DNA of 63,881 nucleotides, the filler included, from Bipalium vagum (taxonomy: Eukaryota), in the NCBI GenBank assembly GCA_037834085.1. It is 3 parts of 3 records of this genome, joined end to end, with 100 filler letters (N's around TTAATTAATTAA, not from the genome) between each part and the next. Parts side by side here need not be neighbours in the genome. Positions count along the whole stretch, not along the records: positions 47,807 to 63,881 come from JBBMKC010128342.1; 2 more parts are not named here. One strand, given 5' to 3'. Numbering within the stretch: position 1 is the first letter of the stretch; each line of letters begins with the position of its first letter. A model generated the notes under the pieces. That model was not told where the DNA came from. It did not search any database and saw only the letters and a list, made by a program, of their open reading frames with translations. Shown here piece by piece: positions 54,064 to 63,881 of this stretch. Made by a program: the position numbers and the translations under genes.

Positions 54064-54624
54064 CTCTCTCAAGGGTTTCGAAGTGACTTTCATTCTGAAT
54101 GCATATTTACACAACTCACAAAATCGATTATCTTGAATCTTGATCCAACGTTGTAAGCACGATTGGTGTATATATTTGAGAGTTCCAGAACACAGACACG
54201 GACTCACCAATTCGTTTTCAGGTTCAAATTCTTGACAAAATCTGCAAAAAATATCATTGCTCGACGTAACTGATATATTAACATTTCCGTTGGATTGGTC
54301 GGAATTTGAATTGTCTAAAGTATTATTCTGTTGGTTAATAGAAATCTTTTGCAGACAAATCAATTTCGGATTGATTAGTGAAATTTCGGATTTTTTTCTG
54401 TTGGTTGAAAATGAATTTTTAATGAATTTTACTATTGCTGATATTTGAATTGGTGTTTCATTTAATTTCGGTTGATTGTCCAGTGATATTTCTTCTTTTA
54501 TTGTGATCACTGCACCATGAAATGAAGGAGCAACAGGCGGAGAACGATCAGAAGACGGAGGAGGGGGACTAAGGTCCTGTTCTACCTGTTCCGAGTTTTC
54601 AGGAAAAGTGGACAAGCTTGTCTC
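54064..54624 (-). CDS. MARCHF8: MARCH1/8-like E3 ligase, RING-CH exon
   Basis: C4HC3 RING-CH CRFC...SPCLCSGTLKYIHQSCLQRWI......CELCKY; phase-0 acceptor tttgatag|GAG and donor GAG|gtatta joining KPLRE|WQKL. Confidence 0.93.
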
Positions 54625-54761
54625 CTATCAAAATTCAAATTCAACAACCTCTAAATAGTCAATGAAAATAATCTATCAGTACATAAATTTAACAAAACTT
54701 CTACAGTGTTTAACTTAAAATTGAAAATAATAAAAACAGTGATTGATTTAAATGATAAAAC

Positions 54762-54773
54762 TGTGGTCTCCAT
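54762..54773 (-). CDS. MARCHF8: MARCH1/8-like E3 ligase, probable first coding exon (METT)
   Basis: ATG GAG ACC ACA|gt gives a phase-0 join to the RING exon; an upstream acceptor ttttacag at 54784 implies a further 5' UTR exon. Confidence 0.55.
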
Positions 54774-57700
54774 TTATAATACCCTGTAAAAGGATAATAA
54801 TATGTTAAGTTTCCCTAAAAGTGACTTAATTTAAACTTTAACAAATCGATAAAAAACTGAAGGGTCACTTAACATGAACTAATTGACTTATCAGAATGAT
54901 TTATGGCCTGTAATTCGGAACAAGTATAAACCAAATGAAAACAATTAAGACTCTGATACAAATATTTTTATTTGTAAAAATATTAATTTACAAATTGATT
55001 TTAAAGGAGAATCTTTAAATCCTTACACAGTTATCCTGTAACTTGTGGTAAGGTCCTAAGAAGATTTGCCAACCCTAACTGTTGTGCAAACCTTAAACAA
55101 AAAAAGAAGTAATAGAGAATGCAAATTAAAAGAAGACAGATAATCCTATTAAATAGTGATTATCGGAAAGGGATTTTAAATTTAGATTTTAAAATTGATC
55201 TGTGCAAATTTTAATAATTTGCCAGATAAATATAATGAAAATAATAATAATAATTAATAATCAATTTAATCAAAAAATTACTGCTTAAATAAAGGGCATA
55301 TCCTTGTGGTTGACAAAATTCAGTGTTCTATCGTTTTCTTTAGAATGTTCCTCTTTTGAATGGTATTCGGAATGACTCCTTTGCGTACGTCGTTTAAAAG
55401 TTTTTTAGTGAAATTTAACTTTGCGTTCTTGTGCGTTCTGAATCGTAAATGATATTCCTTTTATATCTGTTCGGATACAATTTCTTTGATTATGCGGCTA
55501 GACGTCTGTCGTAGATTCCGATATCAATTATGGTCGAATGTCTTCGCGGATTATATTTCTTGCGCTCTTGTGAGGTCCTTAGTTGACGTTATTAGTTGGT
55601 TTTGTGTGTCGCTAATTCCAAATGCCATGCTCTTTTTATATTATTTTTTAGGTTATTTTTTATTTTTATATTTTTATTGTTTCCTATTTAATTTTTGTAC
55701 TTAAAATTATTCCTATTTTTAAATTTACATTACATATTTTTTGCTGTTTCTATTTTTAGAAACTTAGTAATTTCTATTTTTAATTTTTTTGATATTTTCT
55801 TTGTTTAAATATTTATTTTAATAATACTACTACTACTAATAATAATAATAGTAAAAATAATAATTTTTGTTAGTACTCCAATTTATTTATTTTTAAAGAT
55901 TCTCATTTTTACAACAATAAAAGTTTTAAATATTTATTAAAATCACACATTAAAGAGTTCGTTCACAATGAAAAGTTCAATAATAAATAAATTAAATGAG
56001 TTAATTTCTCTTGAGTCTCCACAAATACATCAATTAAAATACTTGCAAAAAGATACAGGAATCAATTGATTGACATATTTTTTTCATTTAATTAAAATTT
56101 AAATCATAATTAGATACTCACTACAATAATTTATAATTATTCCAGGTCTAAAAAATAATTATCTTAATCTTATTATTCATATTTAGGGATAATTAAATAA
56201 AACTGTTTAGATCTTTTCAGATTTTTTATTATTTTGTATTTTATTTATTATTATTATTATTTATTAGGGAATATTTAATAAATTAAATAATTTTTAGTTC
56301 ACAAATTAAAATAATATTGATCCATCACAACTAGAATTCGCATATTTCATATCTTACAACAGCAAATTCTACATCACAATGTACATCTAAACTTATAATT
56401 AAATCTATGATTTAAATGAAATGCTAAATGCACTCGAAGCAGTTCAAGATTTTTTTATGTTTGATATTAAAGCTCTTAGAAATATTTTTTTCATCAAAAT
56501 CATCAAATTTAGTCATTTTTATTAATTTAGGTGACAACATTTTAAAGGTATTTTAACATGGGAATTAATTTTAAGAATAACAACTTCCTCTTCTTCACAC
56601 ATTTTCTTATTTATCATACAACAAATTTATTATTATATATACATAATCAATATAAAAGGGTCAAGGTGAAAAAAATTAATTCAATTTGATGACCTAAAAA
56701 TAACAGTCTTAATTATAAATACAATTTAAGTTTAAACATATTATTAAACATTATTTTGTGAAATTAAATAACAAAAAATTATGATTCACTTGATTATTCA
56801 AATTCAATATTTATTCAAAAATTTAGTAAGGTTTCTGAATCTTTTTCTCTTAAGTTTATTTTCATCCGTTCAAAGGAATTTAAATAGATTTATTAATCTT
56901 ATAAGTTCATCATATCACAGTGCCGTTCACAATGTTCAATTTTGAGAAAACGAGTTATGTGATAAATAAAAACGTCAAAATAAAAAGACAATGAAACCAT
57001 TGCGAATCATTGATCAAGGTCTAACAACCATCTCCACATTGACTTGAATTTTTAATTTAAAAGTTCAATTGTCAACAGCCATTGACAATTGCAATTAATA
57101 ATGATTTATCAACAATTAATTGGAAATAATAAAACAGTAAAAATTAATTTTATAATAAAATTTTAATTATTTAAAAATTTCGGGTAAATTAAAACAATTA
57201 ATCTACAAAATAAAAAATGAAATAAATTCTGTTGGAAGACCAAAGAAATAAAAAAATTCAATAAACCTTTCAAAAAATGAAAAAGAATAAAATAATTTGA
57301 ATTTTCTTATATGAAAGAATAATTTCTTTTATGATATTTTAAAATATCCAATACAGGTGTTTCAAAACTGAAACTCTTAAGTTTATTAATAAAACATTAG
57401 TGAGGAAATACACTTATTGGGATTTGAATTTCTTCTTTCAGATTATGTTTTGAGCTTTTTTGATATTTTATATCTTAGAGAACAACAAAGACAGAAGTCT
57501 AAGTTTAAAATTATGTGATGTTGACACATCACATTACATAGTTCCGATATTACATAACTACATTTTCTTTGTAATATCTCTGGTTTCCTTGATAGTAGAA
57601 CTTATTCCAACCTCTCTTTGAAAGTATTTATCATCCATAGTCAAATGATCTATCATGACATTATAAGTTAGTATTAATGTCTCAATATAAAGTTTTATTA

Positions 57701-59289
57701 ATAGTATCCAGTTTTTCATTTTCATTTTCAAAAATAAATGGAAATCATCCCTTTAATCAAAATTCCACACAAAATAGTGATTCGCTCATCATGCACGAAA
57801 GTTTTTTTTTCAGAAACTACATTGTCAAATTTATAAAATTCAAAAAATTATTACTTAAAATTATTTTTCACATTTCAAGCGTATCACACAACTTAAAAAT
57901 GAACTTTTTTAAAATAAAATTTTCTCAAAAAAAGTATAAATTATTATTATATTTATTCAGACAACCAGTCACATAAATTTACAAAAGAAAATTAGTAATA
58001 AGTGAGAACGTGACAATTTACTACCCTATTTACAGAAAATCAATGTTCTCATTGAGTTTTAATATATCTTTAATAGGACACTATTTACTCTTAAAAATAA
58101 TAATTATGATTTTATAATAAAATGAGATTTCTTTTTCCAGGTATTTTCAAACTTTGAAATCGGTCTTCAACTTCAGTTTAGTTTGTGATCACAACTTTCC
58201 TTATAAGAAATATGTGAAAAAAGTACAGCTTTAAACAATGTTTCAAATCAATTTTAACAATTTCACAATAATTATAATTCTAACAAACAGTTTAGCCGAC
58301 CAAAACACTTTTACTGCTCATAAAATGACAATAAAGTGACGAGAAGGTGGACAATTTGAAGATTACATTTATTATTTGTTTCCTTTTCTACACACAGAAT
58401 GAAAAAATATTTTGTCCGTCATTATTTGTCTAACAAATATTACAATTTGATTTTCTATTCTTTGCCATTATATCAATCCACAATGAAATCAAATAAGTAG
58501 ATACAACATTTTATGAACGTTACATTTCAGGGATAATAGGATTATAATATTAAATAAGATCTTTAAATTAAATAACAATGAATTTTTCATGGAAAATGAT
58601 TGTCGTATTGAAAATTTTGACAGATTATTGTAAAAAAATAATAAACTTTAAAAAATTTATATTTCCTATTACACTCTACCAATTTCTAATCAGTTCTTTA
58701 CATATTTAATATATATCTGTGATAAAATTAATCAAAATATCTAAAAATATGATCCTCTCAATAAACTTCGACAATATACAAAGTTAAAATTGACATAACT
58801 TTTTCTCTTTTTCAAGTAAAATATTTTCTTTGTGTGTAGAAAAAATGGATCGCGCAACCGATGCACAGTAGTTACTTTATATAAAACTGTCTTTTTAAGA
58901 GACCTTTTTATTGGTATCTACATAAATAATTTTAGATAAGTATAATTTTTGTTTTAATTAGTAAATTAAAATAAATGATATTGATGATATTATATATGAT
59001 AATAAAATTAAAATGATTTTCTTTCGTAATTATTAGGTCTAGAAATAAATAATCAGATATTTCAACCAAACTTCAAATTTTAATTTTTAAAGCAGACAAA
59101 ATCTTTTAATCAGTGTTCGCTTTAGTTGTTCGTAACGTTAAAACCTATGTCACAAGTAAACTGTTAAATTCATATTTTAAAAGTGATGGCTGTTATATGA
59201 ATGGCATTGAGTGATTGGAAATAAATCTAATAAAATGTTTTGCATCGACTGGATTAAATGATAATAAACGATAAATTAAACAAACAATA

Positions 59290-60356
59290 TTTATTAGTAC
59301 ACTTCGATAAATAGAATTTTAAACACAGGACATGTATATTTTTTAAAAAGTGAATTGCTAATATATATTGGCATATTCGTTATTATTACTAACTTGAGAA
59401 ATTCTGTGGCATAGACTTTTTTTTCCATGTCCTCCCAAGAACAGAAGATAGGAGATTTCAGCTCTTTAATGGACAAATGTTTTCCACATTCATACAATTT
59501 ACTAACAATCATTCTCCATTTTTTTTCTATCGGATTAATATCTAGTGATTATGAAGACCAGGTTATTCAATATATTCAATGATCCTTTCGTGAAAAGTCG
59601 ACTTTGTCATGTGATATCAACAGTTATCTTGCTGAAAAATGGATTCATCACCACCGTATTCATTCAAGAAACGAAAGAGATGATCAGTTAAATGTCCCTG
59701 ACACTCCCATTAATTTTACTTTCCAGAAACAAACTCCAGGGATAACTTTCCATGGAAATTGAAACATACCAAGATCATTAAAGGTCATCTCCGGTATGCT
59801 TCTCATATCGAATTCTTCTTTTGTTAAATCGTGCCAGTAGTACGAAAAACAATCTGGTCTGTTTATTTTAAATTTCTTCTCGTCAATCCATATCACATTT
59901 TTCCATTGATTTTCCACATCCATTTTATCTGTAACCAAAAGCAATGGGTATTTTTTGTGGCTTCATTTGTGTTTTTCATTTTTTTACATCCTCAAATTGC
60001 TTTTTACATGCTCAAGACTGGTTGATTTATTGCTTATTTCTCGAATAATTAACTACCTTGTTCTATCAGAAAGCTTTTTTTCGGTACCCCAAAATTACAA
60101 TTTTAATATTCTTTTAATTACTCATTATTTAATAAATTTATTTTGAAATGGGTGCGAGAATAAATTTGTGTCAGCAAAATATTTGAATTATTTAAAATGT
60201 CATTTCAAATAAGAATTATTAATATACATAAACCAAAATTAACATAACTTTTTATATCTTGGGGCATCATAATATCATTTAAAAACTAAAAATTTATTTT
60301 TTTAATAAAATTTCTAAACATTTTTAATGATTAGTGAAAAGATTTGTGTTGTACTG
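59290..60356 (-). mobile_element. Tc3-like transposon, decayed
   Basis: WKNVIWIDEKKFKINRPDCFSYYWHDLTKEE (Tc3 W..VVFSDEKKFNLDGPDG..YYW.DLRKE), IFQQDN, and IVSKLYECGKH...ELK; terminus ...GTACTG|TA at 60356. Confidence 0.8.
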
Positions 60357-60559
60357 TAGTAGTACCAGATGCCTATTACGTTTTCCAAAACTATTTAATT
60401 TTACGCACAATGTTAAGCTTTCCCATGATCTTCTATGTTTTAAATTCTCATTCCCTGTATTGATTTTCCAAGCAATTACTTTTTACGATGTTTATTAAAA
60501 TAAGAAAGATAGGCTATAAAATTTTGATTTTAGTTAATTAACTGAGTATATTTTGGTTA

Positions 60560-60850
60560 GATTTTATTTTTTTGAAACAGATATATCATGTTAGTGAAAA
60601 GTTTGTGCAAGTTGTACCGGGTCTGTGTATTATCAGATAGAAATTGTTATAGATTTCCATTGATCGATGTTTTAAGAACACACTGATGATATTTACTTAT
60701 TAGAATCACCTCCTCCTTTAAAATGTACATCCACCACTACAACAATAAAAATGGATTCGTGTGTCCTTGTCACATTTTCCCTGATGATATTCATATAGAA
60801 TACAGTGCCCAATATGATGTTCTGTTATATATCCGTTCCGATGTTGAACA
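60560..60850 (-). mobile_element. mariner N-terminal remnant
   Basis: EHHIGHCILYEYHQGK resembles the mariner HIRHC.LYEF..G start. Confidence 0.5.
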
Positions 60851-62141
60851 TTGTTGCAGTTTAATTTGCTGAAGTTTCTTAAGTCTTTTGTAAAAATATT
60901 TAATTAAAATATTTGATTTATTAAAAACAGCATTAATTATATGAATTAATAAATAATCTGGACTAAGAAATAATGTTATTTAAAATATTATTATAAATAA
61001 TAATGTATTATCATCATTATTGATAGTTTTTTTATAGAATTTAATAATGTTCTGTAAAGAAAACGATTTGAGGTAAATTTTTCCAACTTAAACTTCAGAG
61101 AAATTAAAAAATTTTTAGGTATTGCTAATGAAAATTGAAGATAACAAATAGTCAATGAACATGATAATTTTATGCAATTTAACAATTTCTCAATAAAATG
61201 AATAAAAAACTGTAAACAATCAAACTTGTTCGCTTAAACTTTTTTTAAAATGAAAAAAATTTTTGGAGTGGTATTTATTATTGGCATGGGGAAATTTGAG
61301 TATGTTGAACACTTTTATTTGAACAGTAGCAGAATACTGTTGCTACAATGTTAAACTTAAACAAGTTTTACTGTAATTTGACAATCATCTCGTGGTTCTG
61401 GCCAGATCTTTTAGTTTCAACTGAATAGTATCAAATTTTTCTATAAACATATTTACTAGTACAATGAATTGAAAGATTGTTGATATAAGAAGAAAGAATT
61501 TCGATCTTAAACCGATTTGAAATCAGATCACAAAATGTAGAGAGCGAGAAAGATGAAAACGAGACAAACAAATAACACCAAAGTCGTGTTCAAAGTCGAT
61601 AAAAAATCGTAGAAAGGTGTGTATCTTACACGAAAAGATGATCAACTTCATTGTAACAAAATAATTTAATTAAACTTCTAACTCGATCTTCATTTATTGA
61701 CAAATACAAAAATGAAACTTCGTAAATGTCGAAAGACTTTGTCCTTTAGTTGACTGAAATAAATAAAAATTCAACGATGATTATATCTTTAACTTCAAGA
61801 TATAAATTAAAGAGAATATATTAAATTCTAACGAGATTTTCAATGAATTTCCCCTCTATCTATCATATTTAAAATTTTTCTCAAACATATTTTCCAATGT
61901 AATAATATCACCATTTCAGAATTTTTTGCATAAAAGAGAAAGAAATTCAAAAGTCAACAAATATTTTGAATGTTTTTTCTTACTTTTCATGAAATTTAGT
62001 TAATTTTAATCTGTTCACAAAACCTCCATGAAAAGTTTCCCATTAATTCTTAGATTTTTGATAAAAAAAATCTATACAAAAAAGTTTAAACTACAGGGTA
62101 TTTTTAATAATAATAGTTGTGAGATAAATCGAAATTAGTCG

Positions 62142-62213
62142 GGGGATACTGCTCAGCGGTCAGAGCAGTTCATGCGCCTGTGAAAAGTCCCGGGTTCTAA
62201 TCCCGATATCTCC
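62142..62213 (+). tRNA. tRNA-like element (tRNA-Ala-like body, non-canonical anticodon arm); pseudo-tRNA or tRNA-derived repeat
   Basis: Acceptor GGGGATA/TATCTCC with G3:U70, D arm GCTC-AGCGGTCA-GAGC, T arm CCGGG-TTCTAAT-CCCGA. Position 8 is C, and the anticodon arm (TTCAT/GTGAA with loop GCGCCT) is not a 5-bp/7-nt arm. Confidence 0.75.
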
Positions 62214-62253
62214 GATTAATTTTCAACTATTAATAATAATAATTCAACTAATT

Positions 62254-62255
<2 letters not shown>

Positions 62256-62312
<57 letters not shown>

Positions 62313-62323
62313 TAATAATAATA
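62256..62323. repeat. (AAT)n microsatellite downstream of the tRNA-like element
   Basis: Near-perfect AAT run. Confidence 0.9.
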
Positions 62324-63079
62324 AACGTTATTGCTTTAGTAAAAAAAGATTCTTAACCAGCAATTCTATTTTAACAAAAAAATATCAAGAAAAATCATTA
62401 AATATGAATAAACCTTGAAATAACCTAATTTCCATATTATTCTATTTCTAACAAAAAATTTATATTAAAATTTAACATGAATTAAATAATAATTGAAGCT
62501 TTTTATCACTTTTAAAAATATATCAATATTTAATTGATAGGTAAAATAAATTTTTTTAAGGTCATCAAAGTGTTCTGAAAAATAATATATTTATGAATTT
62601 AAAAATGCATTACAAAATAAGTCAAAAATATCTAGGTTCCATAATTTTAAATATTCTAAACTGAAGCATATTAATTTACCATAAAGGTAAAAATCAATAT
62701 CGCCTGAATAAGTTAGTGAGTTAATGTTATAGATTCACTTATACTTTTGATTTTAAAATTTTTAATAAAAAGAGGAAATGATTCTTGAACTTTTCCAAAA
62801 TTCATTGTACATTCAATGATGCTATGCCTTCTTGGTACTGGAAAAAAATATTTAGTTAATACTGGATGGAAGCCAAACTACTAAGCTAAATCAAGAAAAT
62901 CATAGGCAAGCCTCTGAAACATTTATTTAAATGGATACATGTGTGAGATACATATATATTATATTTATAGTTACTTGCTTTATCAATAAGTACACTTAGA
63001 TCTGGGATGAAATGCTTAATGTCCATTCATTTTGACCAGAATACGAATAATTATCATTACATATCAATTAAAGTTCACT

Positions 63080-63345
63080 TTCATCAATGACATTCTTTGT
63101 TTTTCGTCTACTTTCCATTTGACCATTGATCTAGTAAATTAAAATCTGGCGACCATAAAACTTGTGGTAGAAGTCTAAAACCCTTGGACTGCAGAAATAT
63201 ATTCGTTTCTTTAGAGGTATGTGATCTAGTATTGTCTTGGAATAATATGTATCATGTCCAAATGAGAGGATCTTGTTGTCAAGAAAAATTGTGGATCATA
63301 TTTCTTAAAATTGTCACCTATCTTTCACAGTTGACAGTTTTACGC
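63080..63345 (-). mobile_element. mariner-like catalytic-domain remnant
   Basis: KTVNCER...ILFQDNTRSHTSKETNIFLQSKGFRLLPQVLWSPDFNLLDQW (DD34D-like). Confidence 0.7.
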
Positions 63346-63881
63346 ATTTATTCAGATTTTCTTTGATATTTTCCAGTTAATATATATTTATATATCAGAG
63401 AATATTTTAGAGGTCAAATAAGTCTGAGTAAGAAAATAGAAGTTGCAAATAAATCATTAAATAAATATTTAAAATGAAAAACTTTTTATTTAGATTATTT
63501 AAATTCCATATTTGATAAAAAAATTTCCTCATTAAATAATGAAAGTTATTTTTAATAAGAAGAGCTCGCTGTAAATAGAATACTGATTGAATTTTTATTC
63601 AATAAATAATTTAAAATTAATAATAAACTGAATTATAAATATAAAATCACAAATTTAATTTTATTAATTATAATCAAAAATGTGAAAAAATATTCTAGAC
63701 TAAAAATTTGTGTTTCACAATCGACTAATTTTTTTAATTTAATAATGTTATCAAATTAATTGTCGATAGAATTGTGAATACTGATGCTTTATCGTTGATT
63801 TAAAATTATAATAAACAAGAAATGACAACGATATGAAAAAACTGTCACGAGAAACCGATTCTTTATTTGATAATATAAAAG

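Noticed and set aside
1-63881. CRISPR arrays, rRNA, spliced-leader RNA or prokaryotic operons
   Set aside because: No repeat-spacer arrays or recognisable rRNA/SL sequence seen; the gene structure is eukaryotic.

Overview
Very AT-rich eukaryotic (animal) genomic DNA with short (~48-51 bp) GT-AG introns, (AAT)n microsatellites and two artificial 100-bp scaffold gaps (N44-TTAATTAATTAA-N44). A flatworm origin is inferred, not proven, from a WFPVKE-type neuropeptide precursor. Host genes: a micro-exon neuropeptide prohormone absent from the ORF track (minus, ~4.76-7.2 kb), an intronless divergent class-A-like GPCR (minus, 32.7-33.6 kb), the 5' three exons of a DCAF12-like WD40 gene (plus, 38.6-39.1 kb) and a complete 3-coding-exon MARCH1/8-like RING-CH E3 ligase (minus, 48.1-54.8 kb). 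The rest is mostly about 20 decayed Tc1/mariner/pogo elements from many lineages, plus two LTR-like segments and one 5'-truncated non-LTR retrotransposon with a restriction-enzyme-like (REL) endonuclease. The most interesting signal is a tRNA-like unit wrapped in an extended inverted repeat (62.1 kb). Its 3' half, starting at the T-loop/B-box, recurs at 33/36 identity exactly at the 3' end of the REL retrotransposon (37.9 kb). This suggests either a tRNA-repeat-targeting retroelement or a LINE/SINE partnership.
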